From assembly GCA_045652245.1 (NCBI GenBank), contig JAZRTY010000033.1, positions 139,863 to 203,862 on the forward strand: a stretch of DNA of 64,000 nt, given 5' to 3'. This stretch comes from Eubacteriales bacterium (GTDB taxonomy: Bacteria > Bacillota > Clostridia > Oscillospirales > CAG-382). Below the pieces are notes generated by a model. That model had not been told where the DNA came from. It searched no databases and saw only the letters and a list, made by a program, of their open reading frames with translations. The stretch's first letter is position 1; each line of letters opens with the position of its first letter. Shown here piece by piece: positions 1-8,654 of this stretch. A program made the translations under genes and the position numbers.

Positions 1-938
1 TGAGTATCGGTTATATTTTTCGATAACTCCGCACCGTCAACATCTATATGTACAATTTTTGCTTTTCTGGAAAATTTTGATTTATCACCCGTTACCCTGT
101 CATTGAATCTTGTCCCAAGTGCAATTATGCAGTCAGCATTATGCATCGAAACAGAACAGGCATAGTGACCATGCATCCCTTGCATTCCAAGATATCTTTC
201 GTTATCTGTCGGAATACCCGATATACCCATCATTGAACACCCAATCGGAGCGTCAAGCTTATCAGCGAGACTTAACATTTCCTCCTGTGCGTTCGAGTTA
301 ATAAGACCCCCTCCAAAATAAATGAACGGCTTTTTTGATTCATTTATACATTTGGCAGCTGCTTCTATTCTAATATCCTTTGCCGGGAATTTTTCTTCAG
401 GAACGACAACCGGCTTTGGTTCATACTCACATTTTGAAATCTGAATATCCTTAGGAATATCAATAAGCACAGGACCGGGCCGACCTGACATTGCAACAAC
501 AAATGCTTCACGAATCGTATCCTGGAGCTTCTCAATTGAAGTAACAAAATAATTGTGCTTTGTTATAGGTAAAGTAATTCCTGTAATATCTATTTCCTGA
601 AAACTGTCAGAGCCAATAAGAGATCTCATAACATTGCCTGTAATAGCAATCATGGGAACAGAATCAAGATAAGCAGTAGCAATACCGGTTACAAGATTTG
701 TAGCACCGGGACCTGAGGTTGCAATTACAACACCGGGTTTTCCTGTAGCTCTTGCGTAACCGTCTGCTGCATGCGAAGCTCCTTGCTCGTGAGCTGTCAG
801 AATATGCTTTATTTCATCTTGGTACTTATAAAGAGAGTCATATACATTAATAATCTGCCCACCCGGATAACCAAAAACTACTTCACAGCCCTGGTCAATA
901 AGGGTCCTGACAATTATATCAGCGCCTGAAAGTAACAT
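1..938 (-). CDS. ilvB: acetolactate synthase large subunit, N-terminal ~312 codons; the 3' end runs off the window
   Basis: Absent from the ORF track because it is open at the window edge. My translation of the minus strand from the ATG at 938-936 reads MLLSGADIIVRTLIDQGCEVVFGYPGGQIINVYDSLYKYQDEIKHILTAHEQGASHAADGYARATGKPGVVIA. This is a typical ThDP-enzyme N-terminal domain of ALS. A GAAAGG RBS lies upstream. Confidence 0.85.
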   Translation of the reverse strand, partial: MLLSGADIIVRTLIDQGCEVVFGYPGGQIINVYDSLYKYQDEIKHILTAHEQGASHAADGYARATGKPGVVIATSGPGATNLVTGIATAYLDSVPMIAITGNVMRSLIGSDSFQEIDITGITLPITKHNYFVTSIEKLQDTIREAFVVAMSGRPGPVLIDIPKDIQISKCEYEPKPVVVPEEKFPAKDIRIEAAAKCINESKKPFIYFGGGLINSNAQEEMLSLADKLDAPIGCSMMGISGIPTDNERYLGMQGMHGHYACSVSMHNADCIIALGTRFNDRVTGDKSKFSRKAKIVHIDVDGAELSKNITDT

Positions 939-982
939 AGAATAACTAACCTTTCTGGATCATAGTAAAAATATAGAAAAAA

Positions 983-1357
983 TTAAAGTTCACAAACCAC
1001 TTCAATTTCAACAAGAGCATTTTTAGGAAGTTGCTTTACGGCAACACAAGAACGAGCAGGCTTTGAAACAAAATACTCTTCATATACAGTATTAAAATCT
1101 GAAAAGCTATCCATATCCGTAAGATAGCAAACTGTTTTGACAACATTATCAAAAGAGATACCTGCACTTGCAAAAATTTCAGATAAATTCGCACATATGA
1201 CTCGTGTTTGTTCTTCAACAGTTGTTTGTTCAATTTTCCCACTCGAAGGATTAATTGCAATCTGACCGGAAGTAAAAAGAAAATCGCCCGAAATAATTGC
1301 TTGAGAATATGGACCTATTGCTTCAGGTGCATTTTTAGAATATACTACTTTTGCCAT
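983..1357 (-). CDS. ridA: RidA/YjgF family reactive enamine/imine deaminase
   Basis: 124 aa with typical RidA sequence (APEAIGPYSQAI...GQIAINP...VEIEVV). GAGGCGA RBS. Sits directly upstream of ilvB. Confidence 0.85.
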   Translation of the reverse strand: MAKVVYSKNAPEAIGPYSQAIISGDFLFTSGQIAINPSSGKIEQTTVEEQTRVICANLSEIFASAGISFDNVVKTVCYLTDMDSFSDFNTVYEEYFVSKPARSCVAVKQLPKNALVEIEVVCEL

Positions 1358-1547
1358 AAAGTAATCGCCTCTACATTAAAGTTTTCTGAAATAAACATAA
1401 AATCCCGTCTCAGAATCAAAGAGACAGGATTTTAAAAAATCTGATTATAACAAATAAATGAATAAGTGTTATTAAGCAACGAAAATATTTGATTTTTCCC
1501 TATCTGTTCTATTAGGGTATTATATCACTTTTGGCCTGAAAAGTCAA
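1358..1547 (-). promoter_or_regulatory. ridA-ilvB leader: sigmaA-type promoter, ~155 nt leader and an intrinsic terminator/attenuator
   Basis: On the minus strand, TTGACT (1547-1542), a 17 nt spacer and TATAAT (1524-1519). Hairpin ATCCTGTCTC/GAGACGGGAT (1430-1402) is followed by UUUUAUGUUUAUUU and ends ~45 nt before the ridA ATG. No T-box motif is present. Confidence 0.55.
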
Positions 1548-1631
1548 GTAAATTTACAAATTTAGCATTATTTTTTTCACTAAGTCGCAGGAAAAAAGAA
1601 TTATACCAACAATCAAGTCACAAATTATAGC

Positions 1632-3257
1632 TTAAATGATATTTTTTGCTCTTTCGATTGCAACATCAATATTACCCGTAATATTATCAGTACCGACAAT
1701 TTCAACAACACCGAACTTACTTATTACCTTCATCGGTTGCTTGTTGACGTGCGAGAGAATTACAGTAATTCCTCTGCCTTTCAGATTAACTATCAGTGAA
1801 GTAAATATACGGACAGCCGATATATCCAAGGCATGAGTGTTACTCATTCTGAAAATTACGACTTTAGTGTTTTCCAAAACCTCAAAGCTTCCGAGAAGGT
1901 CGGTCGAAGCAAAGAACATAGCACCGCTAAGTTCAAAAATTTCGGTATTTTCAGGTATCTCTTTCAAGGCAACAGAGTTTGAAGTCCTCTCCCACTTTCT
2001 GACCGATGATACATCAGTCATTCTTTTCAGGAAGAGAATTGTTGCACAAAGCATACCCACCTCAATCGCAACAATAAGGTCAAATACTACTGTCAAAATA
2101 AAAGTTAATACAAGAATAAAGATGTCACTTTTAGGTGCTTTCCTGCATATTTCAACAAAGTGTCTCCATTCAGACATATTATATGCTACCATAAACAGAA
2201 TCGCAGCTATGATAGGCATAGGAATCCATGCCGCATACGGCATGAGTACGACAAGTATCAAAAGCAGAACAACAGCATGTACTATTCCGGCAACAGGACT
2301 TTTTCCACCATTTTTTACATTCGCAGCCGTCCTTGCAATAGCACCGGTAGCCGGAATACCACCAAACAGTCCCGAACACATATTACCAAGCCCTTGTGCA
2401 ATAAGCTCTGTATTCGAATTATGCTTATCACCAATCATTCCGTCGGACACCACACAAGAAAGCAGCGATTCGATTGCTGCAAGAATTGCGATTGTAAAAG
2501 CACTGGGAACAAGAGCTTTAACCATTTCAAGGGAAAATCCGGGAAGTGAAAATTCAGGCAGCTTACTTGTAATTTTATATAAATCTCCTATAGTATTGAC
2601 CTCAAGATTAAAAACCTTAACAATTATAACACCGACAACCACAGCTATAAGTGAGCCGGGAATTTTTTTATTTATGTAAGGCCATATTATCAAAATTGCA
2701 AGCCCGATAAGCCCAACAAGAAGTGCTGTTAAATTAACTGTTGAAATTGAATCAATAATTGCTTCAACCTTTTCGGTAGTTTCAATGGGTGAAGCCCCCT
2801 CTTTGAATGTAAGACCAAGAAAATCCTTAACCTGTCCGACAACAATAGTGACGGCAATACCGGAAGTAAAACCGGTAGTAATGGTATACGGTATGTACTT
2901 TATAAGCGAACCAAAGCGAAGTATTCCCATTAAAATCAGAATAATACCTGCCATAATTGTCGCAATTACAAGTCCACTTGTACCGAACTGAACAACAATA
3001 CCGGCGACAATAGTTGCAAATGCTGCCGTAGGTCCCGAGATATTAACGTTACTGCCCCCAAACAGTGCAATAACAAACCCCGCAACAATCGCAGTATAAA
3101 GCCCTTTTTCGGGAGAAACACCCGAAGCAATTGCAAGTGCAATCGAAAGGGGCAAGGCAATAATTGCGACGATTATGCCTGCAACAATATCATTTGATAG
3201 TTTTTTGACACTATAATTTTTCAATGCCGATATAATTTTTGGTTCAAAAATTTTCAT
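1632..3257 (-). CDS. SulP family inorganic anion (sulfate/bicarbonate) permease with C-terminal STAS domain
   Basis: 541 aa polytopic membrane protein with a SulP-like N-terminus (IVAGIIVAIIALPLSIALAIASGV). The soluble C-terminal ~120 aa resemble STAS. Confidence 0.85.
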   Translation of the reverse strand: MKIFEPKIISALKNYSVKKLSNDIVAGIIVAIIALPLSIALAIASGVSPEKGLYTAIVAGFVIALFGGSNVNISGPTAAFATIVAGIVVQFGTSGLVIATIMAGIILILMGILRFGSLIKYIPYTITTGFTSGIAVTIVVGQVKDFLGLTFKEGASPIETTEKVEAIIDSISTVNLTALLVGLIGLAILIIWPYINKKIPGSLIAVVVGVIIVKVFNLEVNTIGDLYKITSKLPEFSLPGFSLEMVKALVPSAFTIAILAAIESLLSCVVSDGMIGDKHNSNTELIAQGLGNMCSGLFGGIPATGAIARTAANVKNGGKSPVAGIVHAVVLLLILVVLMPYAAWIPMPIIAAILFMVAYNMSEWRHFVEICRKAPKSDIFILVLTFILTVVFDLIVAIEVGMLCATILFLKRMTDVSSVRKWERTSNSVALKEIPENTEIFELSGAMFFASTDLLGSFEVLENTKVVIFRMSNTHALDISAVRIFTSLIVNLKGRGITVILSHVNKQPMKVISKFGVVEIVGTDNITGNIDVAIERAKNII

Positions 3258-3473
3258 ATATTTAGCGAAGCTTCAGCTTCCTTCCTCCGAAATATTTATC
3301 AATAATATTTTACTACTTTTTTCAGGAAAAACAATACATTTTGCAATTATTTTTAAAATTCGGCGAAAAAAGATTATTTTAGTAAAAATGTGAAAGATTT
3401 TTGTTTATATTGTATAATTCAGATAACAAAAAAGGCTACAGAAAAACTGTAACCTTTAAAAAATTGAATATTG

Positions 3474-3728
3474 CTATGATTTGGAATTAAGAATTTCAGA
3501 AAATTCCACTCCGAAAACCTTAGAGAAAGCGACGATTTCAATATCAGTAACAAAACGTTTACCACATTCGATTCTTTGTACAGCGTTTTTATCGATATCG
3601 ACACCTAAAATCTGCATTTTTTCTGCCAATGCTCTCTGCGACATTTTAGGTTCACAGCTTTTCCTGAGTTGTGCGATTTGTTCTCCACAAATATTGTTCT
3701 TTCCGGTACAAGACTTGTTCTTAAACAT
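3474..3728 (-). CDS. XRE-family helix-turn-helix transcriptional regulator
   Basis: HTH_3-like core (IAQLRKSCEPKMSQRALAEKMQILGVDIDKNAVQRIECGKR). I chose the internal ATG (MFKNK) rather than the track start at 3794, which adds a hydrophobic extension. Confidence 0.7.
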   Translation of the reverse strand: MFKNKSCTGKNNICGEQIAQLRKSCEPKMSQRALAEKMQILGVDIDKNAVQRIECGKRFVTDIEIVAFSKVFGVEFSEILNSKS

Positions 3729-3891
3729 AAAAAACACCTCTGATAATGTATATTCATATAAAATCAAATATATTATACCGAAAAATATGGACAAATTGAC
3801 ACATAGAATATGTTGTTTTTAAAGTATTTGTGAATTTTCAGAAAACATTTATGGTGATTTTAATGTACTAAAATAAAAATTTGTGAAATTA

Positions 3892-5958
3892 TTACCGATT
3901 TTCACATAAAAGTTTCTTTGCAAGCTCCTTACTGTCATTTATAAGCTTCATATCGGCAGAAACATCTGCGATTTTAAACCTTAATTCACCGTGCTGTCGC
4001 TCTCCGAAAAATTCTCCGGGACCTCGAAGCTCAAGGTCAGATTGCGCTATTTCAAAGCCGTTATTTGTATTGCACATAACGGCAAGTCTTTTTACTGTCG
4101 GATTATTTATAGCGGAAATATTTTTAATATTTACACCATTAAGTATGCTCGAAAACAGAACACAGTATGCCTTATCTTTTCCTCTGCCGACCCTTCCGCG
4201 TAATTGATGAAGCTGAGAAAGACCGAATCTCTCGGCATTTTCAATTACCATAAGGGTTGCATTCGGAACATTCACCCCGACTTCGACGACTGTCGTGGAG
4301 ACAAGAATATCGATCGAACCATTAGCAAAATCAGACATAATTTTATCTTTTTCGGAATTCTTGAGTTTTCCATGCATAAGGCCAACCGAGTATCTCGGGA
4401 AGGTTTCAGACAGAATCTTACAGTAATTCTCAACACTTTTCAAAGCATCACGTTCACTTTTTACTTCATCAGGCTCATCGGGATCTCGTACGAGTGGACA
4501 AATTACATACACTTGATTTCCGTTATTTACGTGTTTTGTAATAAAATTATTTATTCTTTCTCTGTATTCCTCGCCGAGCGCAAAGGTATCTACCTTCTGT
4601 CTTCCGGGAGGTAAATCAGTAATACTTGTAACCTCAAGATCTCCATAAAGCATAAGTGCAAGCGTTCTCGGAATTGGAGTAGCACTCATAACGAGCATAT
4701 GTGGCTTTAAATTATCATAGAAGTCCGAATCAAGCGAAGCCTTGTTTTCAAGAAGCTCTCTCTGTCGCACTCCGAATCTGTGTTGTTCATCTGTTATAAC
4801 AAGGGCTAGATTTGAAAATTCAACATTTTTCTCAATAATTGCATGTGTACCGATGAGAAAATCGATTTCACCTGTTGCAAGCTTTTTGAGAATTGTTTTT
4901 CTTTTACCGGCACTTGTGCTTCCTGTCAGAAGCGCACACACTATACCATACTTTCGCATCAACGGCTCAAGAGAATCATAGTGCTGTGTTGCAAGAATTG
5001 AAGTAGGAGCCATCATCGCAGACTGATAATTATTTTTTGCACAAACATAGACTGCAGTTGCCGCAATAATAGTTTTACCGCAACCTACATCCCCCTGAAT
5101 AAGCCTTCTCATAGGAGATGTTCCATTTTTCATATCCGAAATTATGTCCTTTACTGCATTCCTTTGTCCCTCCGTCAGTTCAAAGGATAATGATTTTAAA
5201 AATTCTTCATAACTGTCATTTTGAACCTTTAACGAGCTGTATTTTTCATTTTGACTTGATATTCGCATAAGGCCAAGCTGAAAATTCAAAAGCTCATCAA
5301 ACGCAAGTCTTTTTCTTGCAATTTCAATTTCATGCCGATTGCCGGGAAAATGAATTTTTTGTAATGCTTCATAGTAGGTACAAAGTCCGTACTCTTCTCT
5401 TTGTTCCTTTGTCAAAATGTCAAATTTGTCATCCTTAAATACATCAATTGCCTGTTTTATTGCTGCAATTATTATTGTGTCGGTAAGCCCCGCAGTAAGC
5501 GGATACTTGGGTACAAGAGAAAGTAATTCCTTAGAATATATTGTTTCAAATGACGGTGAAATGAATTCAGGACTTGTGAAACCACCTGATACCTTACCAT
5601 ATAGTCTTACCTTAGTGCCAACAGGAATACTGTACGAAAGATATTCACGATTAAAAAAAGTACATTTAACAGAACCTGTATCATCAAAGCAAGAGAATTT
5701 TTGAACAGTCATAGCTTTTTTACCGTTTTTACCGGGAATGCGAGAGCTTTTAATCTGAGTTCCGACAGTTACAATACAAGATTGCGTTTCACCGGGGACA
5801 AGCTCATTTACGCAAGAAATATTACCTCTGTCTTCATAACCTCTCGGATAATGTTCGCACAGCTGATGTAAATTATAAATACCAAGCTTTGCAAATAATT
5901 TCTCTCTTGCCGAGCTCACCCCAAAAAGAGAATGGAGCGGACTATCGGATTTTAACAT
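3892..5958 (-). CDS. recG: ATP-dependent DNA helicase RecG
   Basis: Wedge/OB domain plus SF2 helicase motifs (GDVGCGKT, DEQHRFG, SATPIPRT, QLHQLRGRVGRG). Start moved to MLKSDSP (5958), which is preceded by a GGGGGTGA RBS. Confidence 0.9.
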   Translation of the reverse strand: MLKSDSPLHSLFGVSSAREKLFAKLGIYNLHQLCEHYPRGYEDRGNISCVNELVPGETQSCIVTVGTQIKSSRIPGKNGKKAMTVQKFSCFDDTGSVKCTFFNREYLSYSIPVGTKVRLYGKVSGGFTSPEFISPSFETIYSKELLSLVPKYPLTAGLTDTIIIAAIKQAIDVFKDDKFDILTKEQREEYGLCTYYEALQKIHFPGNRHEIEIARKRLAFDELLNFQLGLMRISSQNEKYSSLKVQNDSYEEFLKSLSFELTEGQRNAVKDIISDMKNGTSPMRRLIQGDVGCGKTIIAATAVYVCAKNNYQSAMMAPTSILATQHYDSLEPLMRKYGIVCALLTGSTSAGKRKTILKKLATGEIDFLIGTHAIIEKNVEFSNLALVITDEQHRFGVRQRELLENKASLDSDFYDNLKPHMLVMSATPIPRTLALMLYGDLEVTSITDLPPGRQKVDTFALGEEYRERINNFITKHVNNGNQVYVICPLVRDPDEPDEVKSERDALKSVENYCKILSETFPRYSVGLMHGKLKNSEKDKIMSDFANGSIDILVSTTVVEVGVNVPNATLMVIENAERFGLSQLHQLRGRVGRGKDKAYCVLFSSILNGVNIKNISAINNPTVKRLAVMCNTNNGFEIAQSDLELRGPGEFFGERQHGELRFKIADVSADMKLINDSKELAKKLLCENR

Positions 5959-6159
5959 TCTTTCACCCCCGCCTTTTACAGTATACAATATTATACCAAT
6001 TTTACGTAAAAAAGTCAAGAAGAAAGCTAATTTGAAGTATTGATACGCAAAAATGTTAATTTTAAGAGAATTTAACATTTCTGCTTTTTTATTTAACCTT
6101 TTGTCCTAACTTTTAAAATTCTATTGATTTTTGATGTCAGTTATGATAATATAATACAT

Positions 6160-6330
6160 GGCAGAGTAGAAATGAATGCGTTAAGTGCTGCAAGTACGGG
6201 GAGTTGACGAGCAGACGAAGATTTATCGCGGTGTTCATTTCGCATCCCGCTGTCGCATATGTCCTTTTTCGTAATGCAGATTTATGGAAAAACGATGCGG
6301 CGTATTATAATTTTATTGCCGCATTCTTTT
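6160..6330 (+). promoter_or_regulatory. THF (tetrahydrofolate, folT-motif) riboswitch aptamer (6160-6254) with terminator expression platform (6295-6330)
   Basis: GGCAGAGUAGAAAUGAAUGCGUUAAGUG...GGGGAGU...ACGAAG...CGCGGUGUUCAUUUCGCAUCCCGCUGUC matches the conserved blocks of the THF-I aptamer: AGAGUAG, GCGUUAAGUG, GGGAxGU, ACGAAG, CGCGGUG, GCAUCCGCU. P1 is GGCAG/CUGUC. Downstream hairpin ATGCGGC/GCCGCAT is followed by TCTTTT. Confidence 0.85.
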
Positions 6331-6348
6331 GCGGAGAAGGAGAATTTT

Positions 6349-6897
6349 ATGAATAACAAAAAACTACGGATTTTAGTCTATGACGCGTTGCTTATTGCAA
6401 TTTTTGTACTTCTGTCAGCTTATCTGAAAATTGAAGTAAGTAATGTCAAAATCACACTTGCGGCATTGCCGATTATACTGTCGGCATTTTTTCTCGGTAC
6501 TGCAAATACAGTAATAGTTGCTGTAATCGGTGAATTTCTATTTCAACTGCTAAGCTACGGAATAACACCCACAATGCCATTCTGGATGTTTCCCGGTATT
6601 CTCAGAGGAATACTGCTTTGTTTTCTGATAAGTTTGCTTAAAAAGAAATATAATGGAAATATCACAGCATTTAAAACATACGAATATGCAATTATAATTT
6701 TTGTAACGGCACTTGTAGTTCTTATTAGTAATACAGCTGTTATTGCTTTTGATGCAATCATATACCATTATTACTCACAAGCTTATGTATTCGGAAATCT
6801 GTTTTTCAGATTTCTCGCAATGTGTTTTTCCTGCGTTGTTTATACTGTTGTTACCAAGACGCTCGTTGACAGAGCCTACAACCAGCTTCACATATAA
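6349..6897 (+). CDS. folT: ECF-transporter S component, probable folate-family transporter FolT
   Basis: ~182 aa protein with 5-6 TM helices, directly downstream of the THF riboswitch. GGAGAAGGAG RBS before the ATG at 6349. The track start at 6259 would overlap the riboswitch terminator. Confidence 0.75.
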   Translation: MNNKKLRILVYDALLIAIFVLLSAYLKIEVSNVKITLAALPIILSAFFLGTANTVIVAVIGEFLFQLLSYGITPTMPFWMFPGILRGILLCFLISLLKKKYNGNITAFKTYEYAIIIFVTALVVLISNTAVIAFDAIIYHYYSQAYVFGNLFFRFLAMCFSCVVYTVVTKTLVDRAYNQLHI

Positions 6898-7053
6898 TCA
6901 AATATATAATTCTTACGCAAGGCCTGTACTAAAAAATCAGTTCCTGTATATTTTAATTCCTTTACAGGCAAGTACGTAATTGTTTTACTTTATTTTATGA
7001 TTTATAAAAACAGCTGACACACGAATATATATTTTTCAAGGAGGTAAATTTTT

Positions 7054-7710
7054 ATGATTAAGCTCTCCCCTTCAATTCTTGCAGCAAATTTCGCAAATCT
7101 CGGAAAAGATGTTGAAAAAGTCGAAATTGCAGGTGCGGAATATTTACACATAGATATAATGGACGGACACTTTGTTCCGAATATTTCTTTTGGTAATTGC
7201 GTAATCTCTGCGTTGCGTAACAGATCTAAAATGGTATTCGACGTGCATCTTATGATATATAACCTTGAAAAATACATACCCGAATTTGCAAAAGCAGGTG
7301 CTGATATTATTACCTTCCATCTTGAAGCTACACAGACACCTCTTGAAATAATAAAGCTTATACGTGACTGTGGTAAAAAAGTCGGAATATCAATCAAACC
7401 CGGTACAAGTTTTGATGAAGTTGTGCCTTATCTTGATAAAGTAGATATGCTTCTTATAATGACAGTTGAACCGGGCTTTGGTGGACAGAAATTTATGCCT
7501 GATATGATCGAAAAAATAACAAAGGCAAAAAAATATATTGATGAGCATAATCTGAGTTGTGATATTGAGGTTGACGGTGGAATTACCCCCGATAATTATA
7601 AGCTTTGTACTGATGCCGGTGCAAATATACTTGTTGCAGGTTCTTCAATTTTCGGTGCAGAAAATATTGAAACTGCTGTCGCAAGTTTCAGGAAAGTAAG
7701 TGAAGTATGA
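7054..7710 (+). CDS. rpe: ribulose-phosphate 3-epimerase
   Basis: 218 aa with typical Rpe motifs (PSILAANF, HIDIMDGHFVPN, MTVEPGFGGQKF, EVDGGI). Confidence 0.95.
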   Translation: MIKLSPSILAANFANLGKDVEKVEIAGAEYLHIDIMDGHFVPNISFGNCVISALRNRSKMVFDVHLMIYNLEKYIPEFAKAGADIITFHLEATQTPLEIIKLIRDCGKKVGISIKPGTSFDEVVPYLDKVDMLLIMTVEPGFGGQKFMPDMIEKITKAKKYIDEHNLSCDIEVDGGITPDNYKLCTDAGANILVAGSSIFGAENIETAVASFRKVSEV

Positions 7711-8639
7711 ATAACGAAAGAATGATTGTAACCCTACTTCGGGAAATTGCAAAGGAAAACGGTTTTTCATTCCGTACATATGCCTACGATTGGATAAAGG
7801 AACTTTCAAAGGACGGAAAATCAATGTATATATACGGATATAATTTTCCACTGAATGACACCTCCTTTACGCAGATTGCAAACGACAAAGCAAGTACGAG
7901 CGAAATACTGACAAGCAACAATATACCAAATGTTGAGCATTTCTACTTCATGAGTCCGAATGATATTCACTATGTAAGGTATCTTGGCGTCGAGGGGAAC
8001 TGGAAACAAATGTTGTCTTTGCTTGAGTTATACAAAAAAGTTGTAGTAAAACCTAATACCGGTACCGGTGGCGTAGGACTCAGGATAGTTGAGAATGCAG
8101 AGGAGCTTGAAATTGCCGTAAGCGATACCTTTTCCAAAACAAGCACCTTATGTATCTGTCCCTATTATGATATCACCGACGAATATCGGGTTATAATTCT
8201 TAACGGAGAGGTTAAGCTTGTATTTAAGAAAACAAGACCCTATGTTATCGGAAACGGAACTGACAGTATATCGGTTTTATGTGCAAAGCAGAATAAAAAA
8301 TTTGATAAATCAATTAACTTTGACACAGGTTACATTCCAAAAGATGGCGAAAAAGTAACAGTCGGTTGGAAGCATAACCTGGGACAAGGCTCTACTCCCG
8401 ACCAAATCAAAGACGGAGAGTTTTACAATGCGCTCACGGAACTTGCAAAAAAAGCGCTACATAGCCTTGGTGGAAATTTTGCCTCAGTTGATTGTGTAAA
8501 TATCAACGGAAATCTGCAGGTTCTTGAGGTTAACAGTGGTGTTATGACAGATAACTTTGCAAATTCAGCCCCCGAGAACTACGAAGTCGCAAAGGATATC
8601 TATAAATCAGCAATTAATTATTATTTCAATATAAAATAA
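7707..8639 (+). CDS. ATP-grasp domain protein (RimK/GshB-like ligase fold), substrate unknown
   Basis: Motif pattern KKVVVKPNTGTGGVGLRIV, DEYRVIILNGEV and ASVDCVNINGNLQVLEVNSGV. The start ATG overlaps the rpe stop (ATGA). Confidence 0.7.
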   Translation: MNNERMIVTLLREIAKENGFSFRTYAYDWIKELSKDGKSMYIYGYNFPLNDTSFTQIANDKASTSEILTSNNIPNVEHFYFMSPNDIHYVRYLGVEGNWKQMLSLLELYKKVVVKPNTGTGGVGLRIVENAEELEIAVSDTFSKTSTLCICPYYDITDEYRVIILNGEVKLVFKKTRPYVIGNGTDSISVLCAKQNKKFDKSINFDTGYIPKDGEKVTVGWKHNLGQGSTPDQIKDGEFYNALTELAKKALHSLGGNFASVDCVNINGNLQVLEVNSGVMTDNFANSAPENYEVAKDIYKSAINYYFNIK

Positions 8640-8654
8640 GAAAGGTGCCAGATA

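Noticed and set aside
1837-2679. 280 aa plus-strand ORF, plus other ORFs of 66-129 aa, inside the sulP gene
   Set aside because: It is entirely antisense to a well-supported 541 aa SulP permease gene. Its translation is low-complexity and Ser/Thr/Ile-rich with no recognisable motifs. This is a typical shadow ORF in AT-rich DNA.
5959-6078. 40-codon N-terminal extension of recG in the ORF track. Similar extensions occur at 3729-3794 (XRE), 36684-36788 (spoIIAA), 49825-49899 (4HB), 61851-61904 (DUF3343), 63354-63395 (argH) and 51316-51402 (infC).
   Set aside because: The extensions are hydrophobic or nonsense-like, lack an RBS, and often overlap regulatory hairpins. Internal starts with a good RBS reproduce the conserved N-termini of the families.
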